DNA from: Neovahlkampfia damariscottae
Lineage: Eukaryota
Assembly (NCBI GenBank): GCA_016618085.1
Contig: JABLTG010000037.1
Coordinates: forward strand, 62,001-122,039
Reading direction: 5' to 3'
Length of the DNA: 60,039 nucleotides
The notes beneath the pieces were generated by a model. It was not told the origin of the DNA, made no database searches, and was given only the letters and a program-made list of their open reading frames with translations. This document shows positions 25,058 to 38,109 of this stretch, piece after piece; positions within the stretch are counted from its first letter, which is position 1, and every line of letters starts with the position of its first letter. A program made the translations under genes and the position numbers.

Positions 25058-26878
25058 TTAATATTTTAATTTTTCAATATTTAATTCAATAACAGAACAT
25101 GGATAACGAATACCAAAATTTTGTAAAACTTCTGGATGAAGAATACCAAAGATACCAATAACTTCATTTTCGTAAACAATATTTGCTTGTCTTCCTTTAA
25201 AGAATCTTTCATCATTTGCAGGTGTAATTTCATAATTTTGAATATTTAAAGATTCCATTAATCTATCTAATAAACCATGAATAATTTCTAATTCTGCTTT
25301 TGTATTACAATATAAAGCTGATAAATATCTGTAATTTGAAGCACCAACATCAGATTTTGAATTAATTAAACAAATATCATTAATTTCAAATAATTTAATT
25401 GGAAGAGAAGATTTTAAATTATTTGCTAATGTTTTTAATAAACCTGGAATTAAAGATGTTCTAACAATTTGATACTCTGATGATTTTGGATTTGATAATT
25501 GAACAGCATTCTTTAATTCAACTTTTTCATCTTTTCTCATTGATTTAAAATTATCATTTTTTGAATTTAAAGCTAATGTTAATATTTCATAATAACCTGC
25601 ATTTGCAATAATATGACTTAACATTGATGTTAATTTATTTAATGGTTGTTGTTTTCCATTAGTTACAACTTTTAATTGTGTTTTTAAAATATTATTATAT
25701 CCATATGCAATTGCAATATCTTCCATAATATCACATGCATGTAATATATCACTTCTAAATCCAGGTACAAATACTTTTAATGTTTCTTTATCTTTAATTT
25801 CACTCTTTAATTGCATCTTTTTTAATAATTCTGATGCTTTTTCAATATTAATAGTTACTCCAATTCTTTGATTAATATAATTTAATTTAATTTCAAATTC
25901 TTTTTCTTTAAAATTTGGTGTTACTTCTACTTTATTTTCATAATTAATTTTAACTTGTTCAATTGTAAATGGTGTTGATGAATATTTAGAAAATGCAGAA
26001 ACAATAACATTTAAAACAATATTAGCTTTAGTTAAATCTGTAGCTGTTGCTTCAATAAATACATCTTTGGTATTTAATGTAATTTTTGAATGTTCAGAAT
26101 TAATAATTGGTGGTAAACTTAATAATACTCTTTTTGAATCATATATAACTGGATATACTGAACTATCTTTTATAATAGATACATATGGTTTAATATGTGT
26201 TTCTTTTTCATTCTTTTTTTTTTTTAATATTTTTATTTATCTCTTACTGTTTCAAAATAGTTTAATAATTCATCTGAACGATATTCTTTTGTTTTATTTA
26301 ATGGTATAAATGAAATATCTTTTGGACTCTTTGCTTCATAAGTAAAAGGTGGTGTTAAAGTTGATAAGTCATGTGTTCCAATTGCAACAAGTGTTCTTTT
26401 ACGACAAATATTATGATGAAGTTTATCTTGAAGATCAATAAAACTTTTATAATTCTCTTCTGTGAACTTTACTCCTCTCAAAACTGCACAAACAATAAAA
26501 GGTCTAATTTGTTTAGTTTCACTTTTAACAGTCATAACCATATCTTTTTTTGATTCAATAACTTTATATTCTGGTGTAGATCCAAATTCAAGAAATACTA
26601 TCATCTTTTTAAACATCCTTTTTTTATTTTACCTTGAAGTGCTTGCACAATTCCTTCTTCACAAAGTAAATCATATCTATTTGCAGCGACTTCAATTTTG
26701 ACCATATCTGTTTTTTTTTCTTTGTCCTAAAAGTATTGTTAAATTAAATTTATAAACAAACATGTTCAAATTCCACTTCAACTCCAAATTCAAAACATAT
26801 CTTTTCAAATTCTTCATTGGAATATGTTTTTCCGAGACTTTTAAAAAATTTATCTTTTTCAATATTCACAACTGGCAT
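25058..26878 (-). CDS. FARSB: Phenylalanyl-tRNA synthetase beta subunit
   Basis: NRYDLLCEEG, FIDLQDKLHHN, RSDILHACDIMED, VRTSLIPGLLK; three introns. Confidence 0.97.
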
Positions 26879-27061
26879 TGTTTTCTTCCTTCAAACCAAA
26901 AAATTCTAAGACATCTTATTGGTCAAAACTATCCAATAATAAGACTCATTGTTCCTTCATTCCAGGTGTTGAATATTTGAAATAGTTAATCAATAAAAAA
27001 CAATTTTGTTTTTTTTCCATTTTCCACAAAATTCCTCAAAATTTTTTGTCCAATAGAAAAT

Positions 27062-30000
27062 ATGAACGAATTTTTTGAAGACGAAAACACTCAAGCTGTC
27101 GACTTGTTCCAAGATCCTCTTGATGTCTCCATTGAAAAGTATTCAGACTTCAAGGGTGATGATGTCATATCGTCATTCGGAATGCAGTTTAATGTTGTCT
27201 TCAAGAACTTTCAGTTTCACTCCTCCAGAAAATTTTTTCAAAAAGAAGCGCTTCAAATTTCTACCAAAGATTTCCAAGATTGTAATTTTATTTTTATACA
27301 AGATTTATCAAAAGAAGAGAACTCTAATTTTTTTGAATTATTAAATCAACTCAGTGAGGATGAAATGGAGGAGGTGGACATCAGTACACCTGTACCAATT
27401 AATAGAAATTTAAAAACTCAATTTGATAATATGGCAAATAATGAAGGGTTGACTCAAGAAATATTTAGTCTCACAGAAGAAGATGAAGCTTATTTTCGTG
27501 AGACAGAAGAAAAGTATTTGAATAAATTAGAAAAAGAAAGTTGTATGAATGGAAATGTAAATATAGAGAAAGTCAACAATATTCAAAACCAAACTGACAT
27601 GATGGAGGATGTTTCTTTTGGATTCCAGACAGGAAATGGAAAAAAATTTGAACCATCAAAAGAAGCAAAAAAAAAAGCTGAAAAATTCCTAAAACTTAAT
27701 GATTTAGAAGAAGAGGATTCCTCTGGATTTCAAACAGCAAATGGAAAACAATTTAAAGTATCCAAAGAAGCAAAACAAAAAGCTGAAAAAATTCTGAACA
27801 TTGGCAATGATGTTACTAAAATAGATCATGATGGTTTCAGAACTGGCAATGGGAAAAATTTCAAAATTTCAGAAAAATCAAAAAAGAAAGCAGAAAAATT
27901 TTTGGAATTGAATTTTGATGATATTATTCAAGATGATATTATTGAAGATAATGAAGGTTTTCAAACCGGAAAGGGAAAAAAAATCAACATTTCAAATGAT
28001 GCAAAAGAGAAAGCAAAACAATTTTTAGGAAATATTGAAGAAATAGAAGAAGAATCTAGTAGTTTATTTCAAACAGGAAATGGAAAGAAATTCAATATTT
28101 CAGATGATGCAAAAGTGAAAGCAAAGAAAATGTTTAATTTGGATGAAGAAAAAGAAGAAGAGGAATGTGGATTTCAAACTGGAAAAGGGAAAAAGTATAC
28201 TGTTTCAAAAGAAGCAAAAGAAAAAGCAGAAAAATTTATGAATTGTGAAAATGAAGATGTAATCAAAGAATCAGATATTGGTGGATTATTTCAAACAGGA
28301 AATGGAAAGAAATTCAACATTTCAGATGATGCAAAGAAGAAAGCAAAAAAAATATTGGGAAATATTGAAGAAATAGAAGAAGAATCTAGTAGTTTATTTC
28401 AAACAGGAAAAGGAAAGAAATTTAATACTTCAAAAGAGTCAATTGAAAAAGCACAAAAATTTTTATTACAAGAAGTTTCATCACCAAAACCATTTACACC
28501 ACCACCTAAACCTTTGGAAGAAAAGAAAAGAAAAACTATGAGTAAAGGAAGTCCATTTAAAAAACCAACACTCAAAAAATTTAAATCACCACTTTTAAAA
28601 AATAAAAAAGTAATGATTGAAAAAGAAGAGAATAAAAAAGTGGAAGAAAAGAATTATCAAAGAATTAAAATATTTGAAATTAAAAAAAAAGAAAAAAGAA
28701 AAAAATTAAAAGATATTAATGAAATGTTTAATCAATTTGAAAGAGAAGATTTAAATTCATTTTCATGGATATCAAGTACAATATCAGAGAATTTTAAATT
28801 TAAAAAAATAAAAAATGAAATTAAAGAATTAATGAAAGAAGAATGGATGAATGAAGAAAAAGAAGAATATGGATATGAAGAAATAAAAGAAATATTAATA
28901 AAATATGGTGGTAATGAAAATATGATTACAAATGATTGGATTAAAAATCATTATAGATTAATCATTTGGAAATTAAGTTCATATGAAAAAAGATTTCCAA
29001 TTCAATATCAAAATTATTTTTCATTTTTTAATTGTTTAAAACAAATGATATATAGATATAATTTAGAGATTGTAGAAGGAAAGAGAAGTGTAATTAGAAA
29101 AATAACAGAAAAAGATGAATCATCTGAAAGATATTTAATACTTTGTATTTCAAAAATTATAAATGATGATTTTATTGAATTAACAGATGGATGGTATTTT
29201 ATATTTGGTAAATTAGATTTTGAATTAAAGAATTTATTAAAATTATCAAAATTAAAAGAAGGTCAAAAATTAAAAATATTAAATTCAAAATATTCAAAAC
29301 AAGAAGAAGATGGAAATCATCCTTTAGATATTCCAATAAATAGTAGAATGATTTCAAATAATGGATGTAGTATAGTTGGTATAAATAATGATGATAAAAT
29401 CATTAATCCAACTCATTATTTAAATTTAAATATAAATTCAATTAGAATTTCAAAATGGTTTGAACCATTAGGTTTACAAATGAAATTACCATTTTTAATT
29501 TCATTAAATTCAATAAAATCAAAAGGTGGAATTATACCTTGTATTGAAGTTATTGTAAATAGAAAATATCCAAATTTATTTATTGGTAAATCATTAAATC
29601 AAACATTTAGAAATGTTATTAGAACTCAAAAATCACAAGATATTTCTCAAGATTTATGGAAGAAAAAACAATCTGAAAAATTTGAAAATTTAAAATTAAA
29701 ATTTGAAAAAGATGAAAGAAATGAATTAAATTTATTATTAAAAACACCAATTAAAAGATGTTTTAATAAGATTGAATTATGTAAAAGATATTATTTTTCA
29801 AATGATAAAGAATCTTTCTTTTTTTCTTTATCTCAAAAACAACAAAATATTATTAAATCAGATTTTGAAAATTTTAAAAGAGAAAAAGAAAAAGAATTAT
29901 TTAACTTAATGCAATCAGAAATTCAAGATCAAAACAATTCATTTAAAATGTCTCAATTCTTTTCAATTAGAGTTTTAGATCAAAAAATGAATGAAAAATT

Positions 30001-30601
30001 AATTACAATATGGTCTCCAACATTAGATTCAAATGAAATTTTAAAAGAAGGAAATATTGTCAGAGTTTGATCATTTTTAATCTTTTTAACATTTTTTTAA
30101 AAGATTTTTAATTTATTTCCAAGTGATTTCAATTCAAATTTAGAATCAAAAAAACAAACAAAATATCAATTATTAAAATCATCTTCAAAAATAGAAAAGT
30201 CTACACACTTCATTCCAAGAAGTATCATTTCATTTGAAAATTTGAAATCATTTCATAAGAATGATGAATTTGATACAATTGGTATTGTGTTTAGAATTGA
30301 TAAACTATCTCAGTATGTCAAACATATCTTTGTCACAAATGAAAATAATTCATTCTTGATGATTGAATTGAAAGAATCTGACTCAAAGGAAATTCATTGG
30401 AGTTTACAAGAATTTGAGTGTTATTCATTTTTAAATTTAAAGTTTGATGCATTTGATGAAAAATTTAATATAGTATGTTGTGATGCAAATGAATTGAGTG
30501 TTGTAACTCAAACAAAATTCCAAAATGAATTGTCCAATTTGGAAAAATATGTAAAGGTGAATAGAAATGAATTAAAAAATTTGGAAATAAAAAAAGTTTA
30601 A
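27062..30601 (+). CDS. BRCA2: BRCA2 homolog
   Basis: Eight BRC repeats, WIKNHYRLIIWKL helical domain, ELTDGWY OB1; intron 30065-30103. Confidence 0.95.
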
Positions 30602-30605
30602 TCAT

Positions 30606-32319
30606 TTATAATCTGTTTGATTTTTTTCCTTTTCTTTTTTTTGGTTTTTCTTCTTCTTCTTCTTTTTCTTCTTTTTCTTCCACTTCATCTTGTTGTTCTT
30701 CGATTGGTTTTACATCTTCTTTTGTTTCTTCTTTTTCTTCTTCTTTTGTTTCTTTTTCTTTTTCTTCTTTTTCTTTTTCTTCTGTTTCTTTTTCTGGTTT
30801 AGTTTCTTCAATTCTGACATTTTTTGATTCAGTTGATCCACCACAACAGCATAAATATAATAAGAAAATTAAAGTGAGATTTAAAACAATAACAGTTGCA
30901 GCAAGAGGAACTGGATATTTGAAGGCAAATTGAATTGCTGCATCTTTAAAGTTAATGAGTGCTTCTTGGAGTGCATTTGCTTGTGGTTTTAAACTTTCTA
31001 ATGTGACTTTTTCTTTTTCAGAAATAACTTTCCATGATTTTTTTGCATAATCTGTTGCAACACTTAATTTGTTTGTAATTAAAAAGTCATCAAAAATTAT
31101 ATTTTTTGTCATTGTCCAAATTTCAATTCCTACACCACCAATTTTTGTGACGACATGTGGATTTGTTATTTCAACATAATCAGGGTTTGGAATTTTCTTT
31201 GGTTTCCATTCACCTAAATATTACAAAAAAAAAAATTAAATTTACCTTTATAAGCTGGATTTTTAATTTTTGAAGGGGTCCATTTTCCTTTGTATTTTGG
31301 ATTTTTGATTGTTCTTGGAATAAATTTACCACAACCAACTTTACATTGTGGATTTTCAATAACTGGTGGTTGCCATTCTCCGTCTTCTTCATCGTTCCAA
31401 TCTTCTGGTTTCTTTGCTTCAGGATCTGGTATTTTTTTTGGTGCTGATTCATCCCATTCATCTGGTTTTTTATCATTTGGATCAACAATTTCCATAGGTT
31501 GACTTTCATCCCAATCATCAGGTTTTTTTGATTCTGGATCATCCATTTCTGCATTATCAACCCAATCACTTGGTTTTTTATCATTTGGATCATCAATTTG
31601 TTTTGAAGGTGTAAAAGGTGGTTCAAAGTCTTCTAATAATGATCCTTTTTTAATACTATCAAGATTAATAAATATTTCATAAGTATTATCTTGATAAATT
31701 GCTAAAGTATATAAATTTGTTTCTTGTCCATTTTTAATTGAAGGTGGATTCTTTAAATGTTTTTCTTCAACTTTTTTTGATTTTGGGTTTTGATGACGAA
31801 TAATAAAATGTACTTTATCATTTGAACCACATCTATCAGGTCCAAACATAATTGAATATGGTGTTTCTCCTGAAAGGTTTTCTGCAGTGAAGTTTTCAGC
31901 TTCAAATAATTTAATATATGAACCTCCACAACTTAAACCATCAGATGTTTCAAATTTAACACTATATTGAATTATTAAATCTGTATTTGTATTATCAATA
32001 GGTGGTTGAATAACTTTAGAAATTCCATAATGTTTTGCTTCATCACTTGTAGAAAGACCTTTTTCTGTTGAAGAAAGTTCTCCTTTTGGTGTTGTCCAAA
32101 CCCAGTTACCTGTAAATTTTGAATTCTTTGAAGGTATCCATCCATTTTGAAATGGATCTTTTTCAAAATCATCAAATAAAATTGTTTGTCCGTCAGGTTT
32201 TGGTCTTGGAATGTTTTGAACCTAAAGTAAAAATGAATATATATATTTACTTTTTCTTCGCATAAAACGAAACTAAAAAGAACAATAACAAAGATTAGAA
32301 TTGAATGATGATTAATCAT
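30606..32319 (-). CDS. CANX: Calnexin
   Basis: Signal peptide, CGGSYIKL, YSIMFGPDRCG, KPEDW P-domain repeats, TM and acidic/basic tail; two introns. Confidence 0.96.
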
Positions 32320-32366
32320 GTTTGTTTTTTTAACGTAAAAAAAAATTCTTCGGAATTTAAAAACAA

Positions 32367-32385
32367 CCAATGATATTTAAACACG
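32367..32385. promoter_or_regulatory. ERSE-like element CCAAT-N10-CACG
   Basis: ccaat-gatatttaaa-cacg lies 48 bp upstream of the calnexin ATG. Confidence 0.55.
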
Positions 32386-32410
32386 TTGATAACTTTGAAC
32401 CAATAAAGAT

Positions 32411-34374
32411 TTATTTTTTCTTTTTCTTTTTCAAACCAGTAATTTCAATATATTTAGATGGAATACCATATTCATCCATTAAAAAATCAGCAAATTCATA
32501 AGATAAATGACCATGAACTTCTAATTCAGGTAATTTCTTTTTAATATTTTCATCTGATTTATCAAAACTTACAGCAGTACTAAATTTAATTTTTAAATAT
32601 TGTGATAATTCATTTGAATCAAATCCAAATGATTTTAGTCCAAATACTCTTGTTACTTTTTTATTTCCCATTATTTGTTGTGATTTAATTTTAATCAATG
32701 GTATTTCACCTCTACCAGTTACTCTATTTCCATTCTAAAAATAGATAAATAATAATAATATATAATACTGGCCAATCAATTGCATAGAATTTAGTCATTT
32801 TATCAGTTATTCTATAAATAAATATTTTAGTGATATCTTCTTACTCGTCTAATAATTTCTTTCTTTGAATTGAATTTCCAATATTTCTTGAATCATCTTT
32901 TAAAAAGAATGTATTTTTAATATAATCATTAATAATGATTGATTTTTCATGTTGTTTATTTTTATGTAAATATTCAATTAATATCATTCCAATTTCATCT
33001 TTACTATATAATTTAGTTTTACTTATAATAAATAAATTATAATATTTACTCTAATTTTCCATCTTCTTTTTCAAAAATAGGATTCAAAATAGATATAACT
33101 CTATATACTTGTTTTAATTTTAAATAATTCTTTTTTTCTTCTTTTTTTATTTCTTTTAATCTTTCTTTTTCTTCTTTTTCTTCTTCTTCTTTTTCATTAT
33201 TTATTTCATTATGTTCTAAATATTCATTTGATGTTCTATTTAAATAAGTTATAATTATTTGTGAATCTTTTTTATTTGTTTTAAATTTTATTATCTTTTT
33301 ATTTTCTAAATATTTTAAAAATTTTAATAATTTTTTATAAGATGATTGTTTAATATCTAATAATCTAATATTTGATGGTTTAATTTGTATCATTTTATTA
33401 TATATTAATCCAATATCTAATGGTAATTCTTCATCTTTTATATTTTTCATTACTTGAATAAAACATTGTAATATTAATTCATCCATTTCTTTAATACTTA
33501 TTTTATTTTCTTCTTCTTCTTTTTCTTTTTCTTCTTCTTTATTGAATCCATCTTTCTTTTCTTTAATACCTTCTTCTTCTTCTTCTTGATCTTCTTCTTC
33601 TTCTTGATCTTCTTCTTCTTCTTCTTCATCATCATCATCTTCCTTCTTTAATTTCATTATTGATTTCACTCTTGTACTTGAATATCCTTCTGGTATCATT
33701 TGTTTTGAATATTTCCATAATGAATCATTAAAAATATGTTCAACTTTAATTGCTTTTCCTTTTGTTAATTCATTTACTTCATTTGAATTTGATGTTAATC
33801 TACCAATACAAATTGGAATAGGATTACCATAAATCATAATGCACCTAAAAAATGATGATGATTAATTTATATAAATAATAACCTAAGTTCATATGATTTA
33901 AATTCACCATATCCATTTTGTGGAAATAATACACCTGGCCACATTAAATCAGCACCTTGAAGTAAATAACTTGAAACATTAGAAGGTACATAAACTAAAA
34001 TATAAAAAAAATAAAAAAAAAAATAAAAAACTTGGTTTTAAAAAATGTGGATATCTTCTTAAAAGTATTACTTATTCAATATTAAAAATAAAAATAAAAA
34101 AATACAAGTTGGTGTTATTTGATTTCCTTTTCCATATAAATCATAAAATAAAGGTTCTGAATTTATTTCATATAAAATAATAGATGAATTCATTACTTTA
34201 GTAATTAATAAATCATTCTTTGGAAATATTTCTTCAATTTCATTTTCTAAGTCTGGAAAAGTATCTTTTATTTTTTGTTTAATTTTTCTATTTTTCAATT
34301 TATTTTTATTCTTACTTTATTTCAGAATTCTTTGGTTTATTTGATGAACTTATTTTAATTTCTTTTTTAAACAT
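32411..34374 (-). CDS. EIF2D: eIF2D/ligatin (PUA, SWIB, SUI1)
   Basis: LQGADLMWPGV, KQSSYKKLLKFL, GNKKVTRV; about seven introns. Confidence 0.88.
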
Positions 34375-34455
34375 GTTTCAAGACCAAAAAAAAATTGAAC
34401 AAATTATTTTGTATTTTGTTTTTCATTGGTTGAAATATCTTAAACTAAAATTACA

Positions 34456-35194
34456 ATGCCTGCACTTCATAAAAAAACACTGGCAAAAAATTTAATTAAA
34501 AATTGGAGAATATTAAGAGGTGATTTAGTTCAAGTTATGACTGGTACAGATAAAGGAAAACAAGGTGTAGTAACTGGTGTTTTTAGAAAAAAAAATCGTT
34601 TAGTTGTTGAAGGAGTAAATTTAATTAAAAAACATGTCAAAAAGACAGCAGAAACACCTGGTCAAGTTATTACAAAAGAAGCACCAATTCATTATTCAAA
34701 CGTACTTTTAGTTTGTCCAGAAACATCGTAAAGAAAATATTATTTAAATAAAAAGGAAACCAACAAAAATTGGAATGAAATTTTTAGAAGATGGAACTAA
34801 AGTTAGAGTATCTAAAGCTAGTGGAGCAATAATACCAAAATCTGATATTTTAAAAACAAGAAAAAATCCAGCACCAACAAATTCAACCAAAGATACACCA
34901 CCTTCTTCAGTCACTAAAACAACATTTAATCATGATGAAATTATTCATAAAAAGAATAGAATTCTAAAGAAATTAGAAATTCAATATTATAACCAATTGA
35001 AACAAATTTTTGAAAGAGACGAAAAAAAAGAAAAATATAAAAAATTAAAACAAATGAAATTTGAATTTGAAGTTTTTAAAAGAGCAAAAGAATTATTATT
35101 AATTGAAAAAGAAGAAAAAATCCAAAAAGAAGAAATTGAAAAAAATATTGAAGTTTCAAAAAAGATATCAAATCAAATTCAAGAAATGAAATAA
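34456..35194 (+). CDS. MRPL24: Mitochondrial ribosomal protein uL24m
   Basis: WRILRGDLVQV.TG.DKGKQG, EAPIHYSNV; 28-nt intron 34728-34755. Confidence 0.92.
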
Positions 35195-35203
35195 AATATA
35201 TAT

Positions 35204-35807
35204 TCATAAAGATGGAAATGGTACAAATATTTTTTTAATTTCTTTTTCTTCTTCTTCTTCTTCTTCTCCTTTAAAGTATTCTAAAATATCTAAATCAAAA
35301 AAATCTAAACCAATACAAAAATCTATTTAAAAATATTAAACTAAACATTCTAATTATGAAACCTTCAATAAAATTTAAAAATGATTTTGATATTTTTTTA
35401 GGTGGTGGTGATTTTTCTGAATGATCAATGGCATATATAAATTCAGTTTCATCATTCTTTTTAAATGCATAATAAATAGAGTTATATTGAATATCTTGTC
35501 CAAATATAATTAAATCTTTCATTGGAAATGAATGTATCATTTTTTGTTCAGAAAATAATTTTTCAAGTCTTGAAGAATGAAAAAGTAAATGTTGACCATT
35601 TAGATTCTTTAATGTTCCAAATATTTTAACTCTTCCTAAATTACCAGGTCCAATATCTTTTTGAAAGTCTTTAAAATCATTTGAAAATATAAAGTTTAAA
35701 CTCTTTTCAACATTTTCAACATCTTCTTTTTTTGGTTTCTCAATTGATTTCAATTTAAATGGACAATCTTTAATTTCAATTTCTAATTTTTGGAATAACT
35801 TTTCCAT
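35204..35807 (-). CDS. SMI1/KNR4 (SUKH) family protein
   Basis: EDVENVEKSLNFIFSNDFKDF, IIFGQD..YYAF, IYAIDH, SFLNFIE pattern; one intron. Confidence 0.7.
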
Positions 35808-35894
35808 TTCTTGTTTGTTATTTGATAAAACAATTCTATTGGAGGTAGGAATAATTCACCAATCATTTTTGTTTAGATCAAGTGAAGAAACTAA

Positions 35895-36433
35895 ATGTCA
35901 ACAAGAGAAGAAAAAATTCAAAAAATTCAAAAAGATGTTGAAAAAGAAGCAAAAGAAGCAGCTAAACAAGGTTCTAAGTGGTTTACTTCAGTTCTTGCTT
36001 TTGCTTCAGTAGTTTATTTGATTAATGCCTTTATTTTATATTCTGGTACCATGCTCTTCCCACCAAAATTTCAACCTGCTAAAATATATGGTATGGTTGA
36101 TGGACCACATCCACATCTTCAAAGAACAGCTGGTGTATTATTGGCAATTGTGGCAGTTATTAACACTTTACCAATTTTCTTCAGTAATTTTATTCATAAC
36201 AATATTTTAAACTTTTTAAAAAAAAAGGAAAGAATTTACCAATTATTGGAACAGCATTAATTGTAAATATTCTTTTTGTAGTTCATTACATGTTAGAAAC
36301 TTATTATTTTTGGGCTTTAAGAGTTGAATTTATGACAATAATGTTTATTGTTATTATTTTAAATGGATATTGGGCAGCAAAAGAATTTCTTTTTAATAGA
36401 ATGATTCAAAAAATTAAAGAAAAAATGAATTAA
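35895..36433 (+). CDS. Hypothetical multi-pass membrane protein
   Basis: ORF with about four hydrophobic helices and one intron. Confidence 0.65.
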
Positions 36434-36530
36434 AAATAAACTTTTTTTTTCACAACAAAATTCTTTATTGAAAAAATGTTTTGGGAAATGAAATTCAAAT
36501 TAATGAATTTTCAACCTTTGGTTTTGAATT

Positions 36531-37803
36531 TTACATAGGTGGTTCAAAAGAACGTGGTTTAATCAATGCAACTTGTTGATATTTTGATGATGAATATTTA
36601 TCTTTAATTGAAGTCAATTGTAATGAAGTGTGCATTTGAATAAACCAAAGATGTAATTTTTTTAAACAAGGAATTAAATCTTCTGATTGATATCCTGTAT
36701 AATGTTCTAATGTTCCATTCCAATGAGGTAAATCTAATGAATGATGAGCTAAAACTACACATGATGCTGCAATCATTGATGGTAAAAATTGTATGAAATC
36801 AAAATTTTGTAATGTAATTTCAGATAAATACTATTAAATGAATTTAATACAACAATAATCTCTTACATTTGATAAATTACGTACAATTGAATTTGCTTTT
36901 GTTGCAGTTAAATAACGATCAAGAAAGTCAGTATTCAATACTGGTGTTAAATTCCATTTAACAGTATTTAAAATCAATAATTCTAAATCAACAATTTGTT
37001 CTTTTGAATATGAATTATCTGTAATATAAACATAATCTTCTACATTTGGAGTAACTAATTCAAAATATTTTGCAGAAAGATAAAGTGATGTTACTCCAAC
37101 AAGTTGTAATTTACCTCTTGAAACATTTACTTCAGATAATACTCTATCAACTAAATTGACAGCAAGATAAAGTGTTTGTGATTCAAGTTTATATTCAACA
37201 CAAACATCATTTAACCAATCTACTAATATTGTTCTCATTGATGAATTAATATCTTTTTGAACATTTTCAATATATCCAATTCTTGGTCGATAACATTTCT
37301 AATAAAATAAATATTTAAATGTTAACTAACCTCTTTTTCTCTTAATAAATCATAGACAACTTCAGAATAAATTGATTCAAATGAATAATTTTCATAAGTA
37401 TCAATATTAATATAGCGTAACTCTTGTTGTTGAAGTATTGGTTTTACCTCTTCTACCTCCATAATATCTTCAGATAAAAGAGAAATATCATCTCTTTTAT
37501 CAATCTTTGAAACATTAGGTCCATCACCAAACTAATATTTTTAATGGTTTTAAAATAGGTATTTACAACAAAGGTTCTACCAAATTCTCTTTTGGTACTA
37601 GATGGTTTCTTGAATGTTTGTTGATTATTTGATATATTTTTTAAAACCCTTCTTTCAGTTGACTGTGCCGTTTTTGCTCTGAGATTAGGTTTTTGAATGG
37701 ACGAGAAAACTGAAGTTTTTTTTGTTGGTTTCGTTTCTGTGACAGCTTCTTGCCTTCTTCTTTGACTACGAGTAATAACAGAGGTACTGGTATTTTTTTT
37801 CAT
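36531..37803 (-). CDS. A-type cyclin
   Basis: D-box RRVLKNISN, MRTILVDWL, YITDNSY; three introns. Confidence 0.88.
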
Positions 37804-38109
37804 TATTTTGTCCTTTATATTTTTTACCTCCAAAAGTTTCTTAACTGTACTAGTTCATCCAATGAGGTTTAAGTAAATCGAGTGAATTGATTGGTTTTCC
37901 ATCAAATTGGAGGGAAACTTTTTTACCAAATGATTGGTCAGCAATACACCAATGGAAATACGACAACTTCTCCTCCTTGTAAATGGTAAAATAACATTTA
38001 TAATTCGAAAAATCTTAATGAAATGGTTGACTCCAAACTGGAAGGTATAGATAAATTCTGATTGGTCAAAACTTCAATTTTGTTCATAAAAAATTGTATT
38101 TCAAACATC

